Positions 13,350-26,834 are shown, numbered from the whole stretch's first letter. The stretch: 62,379 bases of DNA, filler included, from Chiloscyllium plagiosum (GCF_004010195.1; 4 parts of one record of this genome joined end to end with filler, not necessarily neighbours in it); one strand, 5' to 3'. Notes: a model not told the origin generated them from the sequence alone. Made by a program: numbers and translations.

Positions 13350-14950
13350 GAATCATAGAACTGTGTAGCATGTAAATAAACCCTTCGGTCCAACTTGTCC
13401 ATGCTGACCAGATTTCCTAAATTAATCTAATCCCATTAGCCAGCATTTGGCCTCTATCCCTCTAAGCTCTTCCTATTCATATATCTATCCAGATGTCTTT
13501 TAAATGCTGTAACTGCACCAGCCTCCTCCACTTCCTCTGGCAGCTCGTTCCATTCATGCACCATGCTCTGTATGGGAAAAAGTTGTCCCTTTGGGTGTCT
13601 CTCTCAAGTCTTTCCCCTCTCACCTTAAACCTGTGCTCTCTAGTTTTGGACTCTCCCTTCCCAGGGAAAAGACCTTGGCTAATTACCCTATCCATGTCCC
13701 TCATGAAATCACCCCTCAGCGTCCAACGTTCCAGGAAAAATAGCCTTAACCTATTAGTCCCCATCCAACTTAGGTGCAATCTGTCCTCCTTATACAGGTA
13801 ATTTCTACCCCAGAAGAGATTCCAATGATCCAAAAATGTGAATCCTTCTCCCCTGCAGCAGCTCCTCAGCTATGCATTCATCTGCTCTATCCTCCTGTTC
13901 CTACCCTCACTAGCTCGTGGCACCAGGGATAATCCAGATATTACTACCCTTGACCTACTTTTTAAATAGCTGTGAAACTTCCTATATTGACGACTCAGAA
14001 TCTCATCCTTCTTTTTCTTCCTGTCATTAGTTCCAATGTGTACAACATTCTCCTGCTGGTCCCTTTCCCCTTTGAGAAGATTCTGCACCCTCTCCAGGAT
14101 ATTCTTGAACCTGGCAGCAAGGAGGCAATGTAATGTTCTAATGCCTTGCTGTCAATCACAGAAACCTCCGTTTGCACCTCTGATTAGCGAGTCCCATTTC
14201 ACAATCGATTGTTTGGCGCCTGAGATGTCCCTCATTACTCTAGAGCTAATCTCAGTACCAGAAACCTGAGCTGTCAGTACTACATTCTCCCAAGAGTCCA
14301 TCACCACCTATATTTTCTAAAACAGCATACTTGTTTGAGATGGGGATAGATTCAGGAGACTCCTGCACTACCTGCCTACCTCTCCGACAGGTAACCCATC
14401 CACCTAACTGTATCTGCGGTTTTCCTACCTTCCTGCAACTGCCATCCCTCATACCTTCTACTCCTATGATTCCTCATTGCCTCTAACTGCGCTCGAACTG
14501 ATCCATGCAATTCAACCAGATTTGTAACGAAACATACTTCCTGCAGACGTAATCATCAGTAACATGAAAACTCTCCCTAATCTCCTACATCCAACAAGAG
14601 CACATCACTATGAAAAGTCATCCATGTATGTTAACATTCTACATTCCAGAAAATAGCTCAGTCTTAATGTTCCAGGCTAACTTAGTAACTATGTTTTCTA
14701 TTTTAAGTTTAATCAATTCAGATCTCAACAAAACACATAATCAGAAAAAAACACTCAATCACTTTTGCAGATTTACCAAAATAAAACCGTATGGTTACAC
14801 TTTAAAATACCACACAGCTGTTCCCAAACTATAAACTCCCCTAAATAGGTTCCTCCAAGGTCAGCTGTGAATTTCACTGTTTATTTATTTTTCTTAGAAT
14901 GAACTTCCACATCCAAAGGTACTTGAAACTGAATAGCAGAGGCAGCCAGC
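13350..14950 (-). mobile_element. CR1 LINE remnants: ORF1 (SGNH-esterase type) joined to a 3' end, i.e. large internal deletion or two abutting copies
   Basis: NVVHIGTND, RVVISGL, RNRRIEQMNA, DHWNLFWGR..LHL (ORF1). Abrupt switch near 13730 to the ORF2 C-terminus/3'UTR (MDRVISQGLFP..KTREHRFKVRG). Confidence 0.8.
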
Positions 14951-16160
14951 TGTGCAGGCTCATTTTTCTTTGTTTCACTTCTCACCGAGTCACTGCCTTT
15001 GTCTCTCATTCTCCTCTTAATGCCATTATTTTGATCTTTTGTTCCCAAAGTTCCAAAACAATGCAATAACTTTAAATTGCACATTTTGTTCTTCCAGTCT
15101 GAAGATCTTCCCTATCTAATGTACTATCCCATTCCTCGTCAGTGCAGCATTCTACCTTTTCCGTTTTTTGTTCCCGTTATTAATGTTCAATGCTGTTGAA
15201 TATTCAGTTCCTCATCTTGGTCATTCTGTAGCCATGTTTCTTTAACGGCAATTGGATCATACCCCCCCATGTGTCTCTACTTAAATTATTTGCCTTGTTG
15301 CAAATATTACATGCAGGTACAGTGCCCTTAACATTTTCTTTTGTTTCATGTTATAGGCTTGGTTAATATTCCTAGTTGTGTCCTAACCTAAGCACTGTAA
15401 AAGTTGAGGATAACTTCCTTGCTTTTGACTACAATATTTCTACTTATGAAATCCAAAATTCCATGCACTTCACTAACAGCGCTCTCAATTTATCCTGACT
15501 CTATTATTAAATATGTTACCTGGTCCTTTTTGTCCTGCCAAACTTCATCACCTCTCAGTCCCCTCTATTCAATTTCAGTTATCATTTACTTGTCCATTCT
15601 GCGAGCTTGTCTGTGTCCTGTTACAGTCAACTGGTTTCATTCTCACTGTTTGCCATGCCTGTATTTCAATGTCCAAATTATTTACATATATTTGAAACCC
15701 ACTGGTCTTCGTATTGATTGTGCTACATCCTCCTCTCTGAAAAATCACCATGTTTCCCGATTCAGTTTCTTTTCAGTTATGATCCCTAACAAGCCTGACA
15801 AATTGATTAGCATCTGGCTATGGGCCAGTCATCTTTTATTTTTGGTTTAAAGCAAGCAAAATTTGAGATGTCATACTGATTTAGAGAATAAAACCGCAGA
15901 GTCACCATTTTGAACAGCAAAATAAACTTTGCAAAGTTAAACAGTAAAACAATCTGTTACAGAATCTACTGAAAACAAAATATGCTGGAGATTGCAGGTC
16001 AGACAGCATCCATGGGGCGAAAGCCAAGTCACATTTAGAGTCTAGATGCTCCAATGGAAACCTTGGCTTCTTACTCTATGGATGCTGCCTGACCTGCCGT
16101 GATCTCGCGTGTGTGTTCTTCTCTAGCCTTCAGGATTTTACTTGAGATGAATGAGTAAAG

Positions 16161-16490
16161 CAGGGGAGGCAATGGCCTAGTGGTATTATCGCTGGACTAT
16201 TAATTCAGAGACATGTTTGAATCCCACGACAGCAGATGGTGGATTTTGAATTCAATAAAAAATCTGGAATTAAGAGCGTGATGAGCATTAATCCATTGTC
16301 AATTGTCAGAAAACCCATCTGGTTCACTAATATTTTTTAGGGTGGGAAACTGTCATCCTCACTTGCTCTAGCCAACATGTGACTCCAGAGCCACAGTGAT
16401 GTGCCTCACTCTTAGACTGCTTTCTGGACAGTTAGGGGCAATAAATGCTGGCCTTCCCAATGATGCCCTCATCCTGTGAATTAATTTTTA
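16161..16490 (+). mobile_element. tRNA-headed SINE with LINE-derived body and tail
   Basis: A box TGGCCTAGTGG, B box GTTTGAATCC. Body similar to 59555-59655; tail ATAAATGCTGGCC shared with the LINE at 52870. Confidence 0.7.
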
Positions 16491-16619
16491 AAAAGTTGTG
16501 GTGTTGAAAATTCTACATACTGCACCTTAAGTAGCAAAGCAGACAAAACAAATCCCTTCAGGTTCTTAGGTGAACCTTCCCTGATAATGATGTGCTAATG
16601 AATCCCTGATCAAATGTTG

Positions 16620-17530
16620 TTTTAGGTAACTAGGATGAAAGTTGTGCATTTGATGCGGCCTGCATGGATTTTACCAAGGCTTTTGTTAAGGGTCCCCATA
16701 ACAATAAGAAAATAAGAGCCCATTGGATCAAAGGCAAAGTGGCCCATTGCCACTCAGCCAGCTGTCAATCCATCAGCAGAGGATGATGGTAGAGAGATAT
16801 TTGTGACTGAAAGTCTGTTTCCATTGAGCTCCACAAGATTAGGAGCTGTGCCATTACTTTTTGTCAGATGTCATCCATGGAGAGAGCGCTGTGATGAAGA
16901 GCCATCTAGGCTTGAATTGTTAGCTCGCTCTCCATGGATGATGTCTGACTGGCTGTGATCTCCAGCATTTGTTGTTTTCAGTACAGCTTCCAACATCAGT
17001 AATTTGCTCCTCCATTGCTGTTTGTGGTGCACATTTAATGCTTTGGACCTAAGCATAGAGATATGATTTAAGATGTTTCCTTGAATAGAAGGAGAACCAT
17101 AAACTGCAGGAGGAAATCAGGGGACTGGTCAGGTGGGCCAGACAGTGGTAATTGAAATTCAACCTGGGTGAAGTGTTTGTGTAATGATGAAAGATATGGA
17201 TAGGCTGAGGATGTTTTCCTTAAAGCAGTGAAAGTTGAGAGGGACCTGATGGAATATATAAGATTGAGGGGCATGGATTGGGTGGATAGGAAAGTACAGT
17301 TTTCCATTAGTTGAGTCAATAACCAAGGTGTGTAGATTTAAAGTGAGAGATAGAAGGTTAAGAAGATAGTTCAAGATCATTGTTTCACCCAAAGATGGTG
17401 GAAGTCTGGACCCCTCTACCTGAAGAGTCAGAAGTTCATTTTCAGTGACTGCCAGGATTATGGGTCAAGAGCTGGAAATGGCATTAATATAGTCAGATCT
17501 CTTGTTGACTGATTTAGACAGGATGGGCTG
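16620..17530 (+). mobile_element. Decayed CR1 RT/3' fragment with small PLE-type insert (16870-17005)
   Basis: Remnant MDF-KAF-K-PH motif at 16665. Insert carries a degenerate hammerhead at 16888-16924. Confidence 0.55.
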
Positions 17531-17544
17531 AAGGCTGGTATCTA

Positions 17545-17870
17545 GATCTATCCTGGGACAGGCTAAGCAAAGATATGCCAGCGAATTCCTAGAGGCCTGG
17601 CACTCCAACCACAACGCCATAAACACACAGATCTAGATACCATCTATCAACCCCTCAGAAAATAAACAGGAAATGACATCACCACAAACACCAGGAACCC
17701 CCCACCTAGGACAAACATATAAATAGAAAGCAGGAGACAACAGCTTCGCTTCACTTGGAGGTCGCCACTGATTATGTTACCTAGCCAGATAATAAAATGT
17801 CTGGATATCAAACCTACAGCCCAGCGAGCAAAGCTACACCCTAAACCTCAACCTGAGCTACAAACCTTGC
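17545..17870 (+). mobile_element. PLE 3' end (Poseidon-like) with degenerate hammerhead at 17765-17804
   Basis: ILGQAKQRYASEFLEAWHSNHNAIN (GIY-YIG C-terminus). CCA CTGATTA T GTTACCT-AGCC-AGATAAT AAAA TGTC TGG is homologous to 54393-54432. Confidence 0.65.
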
Positions 17871-18704
17871 ATAGAACAACTAGTATTTACTCAAAGACAA
17901 GCCAGTCTTTTAAACTGTAATGAATTTATTATTGCATTTATGGGAAAAGTCCAATTAAATTTGGTGCAAACTTTGCACTGTTATCTAGCAGAATGCAATT
18001 GTGGAGCAGAACGACCCTGAATGCTGGTTTATACAATCCAAATATCTGTGAACAGTTAACATCGACTTTGTCTAAAGTGTCCATTTTGCACATTTCCCAA
18101 AGATGATTCATTCTGGAAAATGTGGACCATGGATGTTTAGCATGAAATGCTGCTGCCTTTTAGCTGACACATGACGTTGGATCATTTATTTAAAAAATAG
18201 TAATAAAAGGACAATTCTTTAAGCAGTGCTCAGGATTAAAAAAAATAAATCTAGTGAATGCTAGTTGATCAATGTTGGTAACAAACTCATAGGGTTAGAC
18301 AAGTGAAGGCAGCTAGTAGTGAAATGATTAAAAAAATTGGAATATCCAAGTAGCCAGAATTAAAGGAGCATGCAAATCTTGCTGTGTAGCAGCAGGTTTA
18401 TTTTCCCCAAGGACCGGAGAGGGAGTGAGAGATATGACTGATGGTAGTTTAACCTGGTGGTCACCACACCTGAGGCAAGGGGAGAGTTCCATTCTCATAC
18501 AATCTCCCAATATAAGTGTGCAATAGCTGCACCATTTAAACTAATGGGGCTTGACTTATGTTATAGTTAATGCAGGTCAGGAAAGATCATGTACTACAGG
18601 TAACGGTTTAAAGTTTTCAATCGTGTTAAAGCTTATTCATGTTGGAGAAATGCGTTATAGCAGAATCGACTGTTTATGATAACCTTAACTAGTACAAATA
18701 TATG

Positions 18705-20170
18705 CAATCATAGTCATACAGCACAGGAACAAACCATGCAGTCCAACTCTTGGGCACCCACAGATGCCCTGATCTGCACTAGGCCCAGTTGCCAGCATTT
18801 GGCTTGTTTCCTTCTGAACCCTTTCCTATTCATATACCCATCTAGGTGCCCTTTCAATGTTGTTATTGTCCCAGCCTCCACCACTGTTCCATACCGCTTG
18901 TTCCATAAACCCACCTGTGTGGAAAAAGTTGCCCCTCAGGACCTTTTTTAAATCTTTCCCCTTTTACCTTAAACATATGCTGTTTAGTATTGGACTCCCA
19001 CACCCTAGGAAAAACACCATGGCTATTCACCCTATCCATGCCCCTCATAATTTTATGCATTGGGTGAGAAATTTAAAATTGAGATGTTGCTAATTCTGGT
19101 GCCAACCAGATTTGTGTGTGTAAAGATTTGTATCGCAGATATTGGTATGGTTGGCCAACTTTTTTTACACAGGGTGGTATGCATATGGAATGAGCTACCA
19201 GCAGAACATAGAACATTACAGCGCCGACCTGTCATACCAATCTGAAGCCCATCTAACCTACACTATTCCATGTACGTCCATATGCTTGTCCAATGACGAC
19301 TTAAATGTACTTAATGTTGGCGAGTCTACTACCGTTGCAGGCAAAGCATTCCATACCCTTACTACTGAGTAAAGAAACTATCTCTGACATCTGTCCTATA
19401 TCTATCACCCCTCAATCTAAAGCTATGCCCCCTCGTGCTCACCGTCACCATACTTGGAAAAAGGCTCTCCCTGTTCACCCTATCTATGTCTCTATTAAGT
19501 CACCTCTCAATCTTCTGCTCTCCAACGAAAATAGCCTCAAGTCCCTCAGCCTTTCCTCGTAAGATCTTCCCTCCATACCAGGTAACATCCTAGTAAATCT
19601 CCTCTACACCCTTTCCAAAGCTTCCACATCCTCCTTATAATGCGGTGACCAGAACTGTACACAATACTCCAAGTGCGCCAGTGTTTTGTACAGCTGCAGC
19701 ATAACCTCATGGTTTAGTAAATCTCCTCTACACCCTTTCCAAAGCTTCCACATCCTCCTTATAATGCGGTGACCAGAACTGTACATATACTCCAAGTGCG
19801 CCAGTGTTTTGTACAGCTGCAGCATAACCTCATGGTTCTGGAACTCGATCCCGCTATTAATAAAAGCTAAAACACTGTGATGCCGCCTTAATAAGCCTGT
19901 CAACCTGGGTAGCAACTTTCAAGGATCTATGTACATGGACACTGAGCTCTCTCTGCTCATCTACACTACCAAGAATCTTACCATTAGCCCAGTACTCTGC
20001 ATTCCGGTTACTCCAACCAAAGTGAATCACCTCTCTCTTGCCCGCATTAAATTCCATTTGCCACCCCTCAGCCCAGCTCTGCACCTTATCCATGTCTCTC
20101 TCTAACCTGCAACATCCTTCAGCACTATCCACAACTCCACCGACCTTCGTGTCATCCGCAAATTTAGTAA
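18705..20170 (-). mobile_element. CR1 LINE 3' fragments (two copies; second has a 124-bp tandem duplication)
   Basis: WQMEFNAGK-EVIHFG, HLEYCVQFWSPHY, MRGMDRV..FPR, KGHLDGYMNRKG motifs. Confidence 0.85.
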
Positions 20171-20270
20171 NNNNNNNNNNNNNNNNNNNNNNNNNNNNNN
20201 NNNNNNNNNNNNNNTTAATTAATTAANNNNNNNNNNNNNNNNNNNNNNNNNNNNNNNNNNNNNNNNNNNN
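20171..20270. other. Artificial assembly spacer (N44-TTAATTAATTAA-N44)
   Basis: 100 bp with a six-frame-stop linker; identical to the other two gaps. Confidence 0.95.
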
Positions 20271-21096
20271 AATTCAATGTGGGCAAATGCGAGGTCTTGC
20301 ACTTTGGAAAAAAGAATAGAAGCATGGATTACTTTCTAAACGGTGAGAAAATTCGTAAAACCGAAGTACAAAGGGATCTGGGAGTGCTAGTCGAAGATTC
20401 TCTAAAGGTTGACTTGCAGGTTGAGTCCGTGATTAAGAAAGCGAATGCAATGTTGTCAATTATCTCAAGAGGGTTGGAATATGTTGTGCTACTGTTGTGC
20501 TACTGAGACTTTATAAAGCTCTGGTTAGGCCCCATTTGGAGTACTGTGTCCAGTTTTGGTCCCCACACCTCAGGAAGGACATACTGGCACTGGAGCGTGT
20601 CCAGCGGAGATTCACACGGATGATCCCTGAAATGGGTGGTCTAACATATGAGGAACGGCTGAGGATCCTGGGATTGTTTTCATTGGAGTTTAGAAGATTA
20701 AGGGAAGATCTAATAGAAACTTACAAGATAGTACATGGCTTGGCGAGGGTGGACGCTAGGAAATTGTTTCCGTTAGGCAAGGAGACTAGGACCCGTGGAG
20801 ACGGCCTTAGAATTAGAGGGGGTAAATTCAGAACAGAAATGCGGAGACATTTCTTCAGCCAGAGAGTGGTGGGCCTGTGGAATTCATTGCCGCAGAGTGC
20901 AGTGGAGGCTGGGACGCTAAATGTCTTCAAGGCAGAGATTGATAAATTCTTGATGTCACAAGGAATTAAGGGCTACGGGGAGAATGCGGGTAAGTGGAGT
21001 TGAAATGCCCATCAGCCATAATTTGAATGGTGGAGTGGATTCGATTGGCCAAATGGTCTTACTTCCGTTCCTATGTCTTATGGTCTTATGGTCTTG
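20271..21096 (+). mobile_element. Young CR1 LINE 3' end with (TCTTATGG)n tail
   Basis: FNVGKCEVLHFG..RDLGVLV..LYKALVRPHLEYCVQFWSP..ERVQRRFTRMIP..FFSQRVVGLWNSLP. The tail abuts the broken L1 ORF2. Confidence 0.92.
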
Positions 21097-24000
21097 TGGA
21101 GTACTTCCTGTGTTGTCAGGGGGGCATTCAAGATCGAGACCTGCTCCGAGATTAAGCCTGGAAAGGCCAAGTTTTTAAAGAAGGACTCCATCTTCTCAGT
21201 TCTATCCTCACAGTCCTGCGATTTATACAGTTCAAAATAGAACTTTCTAAAGGCTGTATTGATCCTTTTACGATCACAAGTCAGAGTACCAGCACTTTCT
21301 CTAATGGGCGTAATAGCTTGAGGAGCCTTTTTTTTCCTAGCAAGATATGCTAGGTATCTGCCAGGCTTGTTACCATATTCATATAATCTCTGCTTTGTAA
21401 TAATATTTCCCTCTTTGCTGTTTGGGTAAGTGTGGTATTCAAGGCTGCCCTAATGGCTGTGATACCTTGTAGCTTAGTGATAGAGGGCCTATCAACATAC
21501 ACTGTGTCAGCTGCCTTCAAGCGAGCCTCGAGCAGGGGTTGTCCTCCCTTTTGTCTTTTCTGGGTCGCAGAATATGAGATGACCAAACCTCGCGTATAAG
21601 CCTTAATGGTCATCCACATTGTCGACAGGTTGCTGGACGTACCTGAATTAATTTCCAAAAAGGATTTTAACTCCTGAGACAAATATTTTATAAATTTGCT
21701 ATCCTTCAATAAGAAAGAATCCATATGCCAATGTGGGGGGCCTATCCCATCGTCCCTAGTCTTGACTTCCATATATACTGCGGCATGGTCAGAAATAGCT
21801 ATATTACCTATTTTACAAGACAATATGGAATTCAAAAGGATAAAGGGAGCAAAGAACATATCAATTATGTGGGTTAGAGTAGTAAGTAAAATCTCTACCC
21901 TGGGGGTGAACGCACCTCCACACATCTACTAGCCCTAGCTCCTTATTCAGATCCGCCAGTTGTCTCGATCTAAGAGATATGTCCATAGTGCTCTTAGGTA
22001 TCCTATCTGTTTCTGGGTCCATAATACAGTTAAAATCTCCTCCTATAATTGTATGGTGGACCCCAGAAGCCATCAACTTAGAGAACGCCTCCATTACAAA
22101 TTTAAAATGGTACGCTGGGGGGTAATAAAGATTCAAAATTCCATATTCCTCTCCATATATTAGGGCTTTGATCAGTATGTACCGTCCAGACTCATCTTTT
22201 ATCTGGCTTAACATTTGGAATGGAAGGTTCTTCCGAATGAGAATGACTACTCCCCTACTTTTTGAACTGAAAGATGAGAAAAAAGCCCAATCAAATCCAC
22301 CCTGTTGCATGTGTCTCCTGTAAGAGAGCTATGTCAACCCTTACTTTTTTGAGACTTGATAATATCTTTTTCCTTTTGATTGATGAATTACTCCCCTTGA
22401 CATTCCAGCTGCACCACCTAAGCGAATAGCTAGCCATGATCGTCCAGGCAAGCCCGAGACCCCCCAGGAGGAAGAAGCCCACCCAAAACACCTTGAATAA
22501 AAACCATAGAAAATTCACAAATGCACAAATTCTTTAAAACAATCACACCAACACAATTAAAAACTATTCCTAAGTAAAAAAAAAGCAAAACACATTTGAA
22601 AGGAGACTTTCCCCCTTGTTCCCAGCGGGCGTGACTACCTGTCAGTAACCCCACCATAATCTCTCCTAACGAGGGCCCTACCCTTGGCCCAGGCGTTAAA
22701 GAATGGAGTAGACAAATTCCAGAATTGTATAAAACCAGAGTTAAAAGTGAGTGACCCATCCCCCTCCCCACCCCCCCCCCCCCCACCAGCTCCCACGCCA
22801 ACACCTAGGTGCGTTTAGCAAGCATAATACAAAATATAAACATATAAAACTGCAAAGTTACAATCCCAGCAAGTATTAGGTAACTAAGTAAAATGACAAA
22901 AGAAGAAAGAAAGAAAGAAGAAAACCCCGCTCTAAAGAAACGTAGAGCAAAACAAACCCCCTTCCCACACAAATCGAATAAGCCACACGATCTGTAAAAA
23001 AGAAACCAAAGAGAGAGTAAAGAATAAGCCCCCCTCCCCCACCCCCAGGGAAAGATAATGGAAAAGAGATGAAGAAGGAAAGAAAGGGTAAACAAAGGAG
23101 GGAAGCAAAATAAAATCGTTACCTATATGGTTTAAGTCCCGCAGTCTATTTAAGAGAGTCCGAGTTCTTTAGCTTTTTCCAGTGATCCAAAGTTATATAC
23201 GGATCCTTCGTGGCTGAAGCACAGTGCTGCTGGGTAATGCATCGAGTATTGAATATCTAGGTCTCTTAGATGCTTCTTCGTCTCATTGAATGCCCTCCTC
23301 TTGCGGACCACGGTTGGAGAGAAGTTCTGAAATAACATTATCTTGGAACCCTTGTGCATCATGGCCCGGGGATCCTTCCCCAGGACTCTGGAGGCTTCCA
23401 GGAGCATTTAGTTTTCTCTATAACATTAGAGTCGGAATAGAAATGGCGCTGGTCCGACCCGGGCGCTGGTCCGACCCGGGCCTGCATACAGCAATCCGGT
23501 GGGCCCATTTCACCCGCACCTGGCCTGGTCCCGACTCCAACTTTAATATTTGTGTGAGCCATCGCTCCAGAAAGTCTACAAACTGGCCTTCCTCTTCCCA
23601 TTCAGGAGGCCCAGCAACTGAATTTTTTTTGACAGCCCCGATTGTCGAGGTCGTTGATGTGCTCCTCCAGGGTCCGGATTCGCTGCTTGAGAGCCCAACC
23701 CACGGACGACTTGGCAGCAGTCTCCGAGGCCGTGGCCCGTTGCTCCGCCCCTCTGACGCGCTGTCCAGTTTTTCCTGGACCTGGACTTTCAATAAAGAGG
23801 TCGATCTTCTCTTGAAGTCTGTTGATCCCGGAGATCAGGCTCGCCTCTGCAGGTAAGTCCCCCAAAGCGGCCGCGGACATCTCTGCTGCTGTGGGAGGGG
23901 ATGGGGGAGGGGTCCCAGCCTGTTGCAAACTGTGGGAATTTTTGCCCTTAGTCATTTTAAAAACAACACCAAACTGTCCAAGTTTGATACAAAATGACTA

Positions 24001-24121
24001 ACTATGCTGGGCAAAAGCCACCTTAAATGATTTAAAGGGTGTGGTGAAGGCGGGTGCCCACTTTGCCCGGGTCTTAGGCAGAGCTCAGACTAGCTGGGTC
24101 ACTGCCGTCTTGAATCTCCCC
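21097..24121 (-). mobile_element. L1-clade LINE, 5' half (5'UTR, ORF1, spacer, ORF2 APE endonuclease), truncated by CR1
   Basis: ORF1 starts MTKGKNS. ORF2 MASYSLRWCSWNVKG..DIALLQETH..SKSRGVVILI..DESGRY..IIGGDFN..LVDVWR..ISDHAAV. Multiple frameshifts. Confidence 0.92.
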
Positions 24122-24129
24122 AGTTATGT

Positions 24130-24480
24130 AATTTTAAAGAAGTGGCTTTAGAAAGAATGGATGCATTAGCAGTCGCTTTTCAAGATTGTATAGACTCTGG
24201 AACAGTTCTTATGGATTGTAGGGTAGATAATTTAACCCTGATGTGTAAAGAAAATGGTAGAGAGAAAGCAGGAAATTATAGACATGCTAGCCTTGTATTA
24301 GAGTTGGGAACAATGCTAGACTCCATGCGAGAACAGTTAATGGCAAAGCACTTGAAAAGCAATGTCAGAAACATGCAGATTCAGCATGGATTTACAAAAA
24401 GGGAAATCGTACTTGATAAATCTACCAGAATTTTGACAGGATGAAACTAGTAGAGAGGATAATGGGGAGGCAATATATGT
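24130..24480 (+). mobile_element. Decayed CR1 RT fragment
   Basis: REKAGNYRHASL..QHGFTK remnant. Confidence 0.65.
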
Positions 24481-24660
24481 CGTAGAATCATACAATACAG
24501 AAGAAGCTTTTGGCACATTGACTCTGTCCTGGTCAAACCTACTCTAAATCTACAGTAGCCCCACTTCCTACCACTTAGCCCACAGTTATAACAGTTCAAA
24601 TGCTCATCCAAATACTTTTAAAATGAAACAAAAACAGAAGTTTCTGGAGAAACTCAGCAT

Positions 24661-26834
24661 AGGAGAAAGTGAGAACTGCAGATGCTGGAGATCAGAGTCT
24701 AAGAATGTGGTGCTGAAAAAGCACAGCAGCTCAGGCGGCATCTGAGGAGCAGGAGAATTGATGTTTCGAGCATAAGCTGTTCATCAGGAATGGGGATGGC
24801 CCAAGGGAGCTAAGAGATAAATGGGAGGGGGGATGGACTGAGGAGAAGGTAGCTGGGAATGCGATAGGTAGATGAAAGTGGTGGGGGGGGGCGCATGATG
24901 GTGATAAGTTGGAGAGGAAAGGGTGAAAACAGAGCCATTGGCCTTGATTTTTGTGTCCTCGTTGTCTACAGGAGTAGTGCCGGAAGATTGGAGGCTAGCA
25001 AATGTGGTTCCCTTGTTCAAGAAGGGGGGTAGGGATAACCCTAGTAACTATAGGCCGGTGAGTCTCACTTCTGTTGTGGGCAAAATCTTAGAGAGAATTG
25101 TAAGGGATAGGATTTATGAACATCTGGATAGGAATAATGTGATCAAGGATAGTCAGCATGGTTTTGTGAAGGGCAGGTCGTGCCTCACAAACCTTATTGA
25201 ATTCTTTGAGAAGGTGACTAAGGAGGTGGACGAGGGGAAAGCAGTAGATGTGGTGTATATGGATTTTAGTAAGGCGTTTGATAAAGTTCCCCATGGTAGA
25301 CTACTGCAAAAAATACAGAGGTATGGCATTGAGGGTGAGTTGGAGGTTTGGATTAGGAGTTGGCTGGCTGGAAAAAGACAGAGGGTAGTAGTTGATGGCA
25401 AAGGTTCATCTTGGAGTGCCGTCACTAGCGGTGTTCCGCAAGGAACTGGTGAAATCTACATTGATCCCCTGTGGTTGGTGGGTACCGAAAGACAGAAGGT
25501 GAAACATTCTTCCTCCGGGCATCTGATGGCTAGCGTTTGGCGGTGGAGGAGGCCCATGCCTTGCATGTCCTTGGCAGAGTGGAGGTGATGTTGTGTTTGG
25601 TCACAGGCCAGTGGGGTTGTTCAGTGTGTGTATCTCAGAGACGTTCCATGAAACATTCCACAAGTTGGGGTGCTGTCTCCCCAATGTAGAGGAGACCACA
25701 TTTGCAGCAACGGACACGTATATGACGTGTGGAAATGCAGGTAAATCTCTGTCGGATGTGGAAGGATCCTTTAGGGCTTTAGACAGAGGTGAGGGGGGCG
25801 GTGTGGGCACAGGTTTTGTACTTCTTGCAGTGGCGAGGAAGGTGTCGGGAGGGGAGGGTGGGTTGGTAGGGGTCATGAACCTGACAAGGGCATTGTGGTG
25901 GGAATGGTCACTGTGGAACGCAGATAGGATTGGGAAGGGAAATACATCCCTGGTGGTGGGGTGGCAGAAATGGCAGAGTCTGTTTGTAGGTGGTGGAAAT
26001 GGGTCCATTTCCATCACCTACAGTCAGACCCACCACTAGGGATATATTTCTCTCCCCACTTCTGCACTTCAGAGAGATCTTTCCCTCCATGACTCCCTTG
26101 TCAGGGCTATGCCCCCCACCAACACACCCTCCCCTCCCGGCACCTTCCCCTGCCACCGCAAGAAGTATAAAACCTGCGCCACACCTCCCCCTTACCGACA
26201 TTCATGAGTCCAAAGGATCCTTCCACATCCAAGATTTACCTGTAATTCCACACACGTCATCTACTGCGTCAGCCGTTCCTGATGTGGTCTCCTCTACATT
26301 GCGGAACAACTTGCGGAACGTTTCAGAGAACATCTCTGGGACACATACACTGAACAACCCCATCACCTGTGGCCAAACACTTTAACTCCCCCTCCCACTC
26401 TGCCAAAGACATGCAAATCCTGGGTCTCCTCCACTGCCAAACCTTAACCAGCTGACATCTGAACACCTCATCTTCTGCCTTGGGAATCTCCAATCACATG
26501 GGCTCAATGTGAATTTCACCAGGTTCCCCATTCCCCCTCCCTCCACGTTACCCAGATCCAACCTTCCACTTAACCGCTCTTGAACTGTCCTACCTGCCCA
26601 TCTTCCTTTGCACCTATCTGTTCTATCTTCCTCTCTGACCTATCATCTTCATGTACACCTTCATGTACACATCGCATTCCCAGCTACCTTCCCCCCAACC
26701 CCACCTATTTATCTCTCATGTCTCTTGGGCCACAAGCCTCATTCCTGATGAAAGGCTTATGCTTGAAACGTTGATTCTCCTGCTCCTCGGATGCTGCCTG
26801 ACCAGCTGTGCTTTACCAGTACCACACTCTTTGA
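24661..26834. mobile_element. Head-to-head inverted PLE insertion with 16-bp TSD
   Basis: Minus arm 24661-~26002 and plus arm ~26005-26834, both GIY-YIG 3' portions ending in the hammerhead module. TGGAGAAACTCAGCAT at 24645-24660 and 26835-26850. Confidence 0.85.
24924..25445 (+). mobile_element. Uninterrupted internal CR1 RT fragment embedded in the PLE arm
   Basis: VPEDWRLANVVPLFKKG..NYRPVSLTSVVGKILE..QHGF..SCLTNL..VDVVYMDFSKAFDKVPH..SGVPQG. Confidence 0.9.

Noticed and set aside
20215..20226. TTAATTAATTAA motif, three times between N-runs
   Set aside because: Synthetic six-frame-stop linker from scaffolding; not biological.
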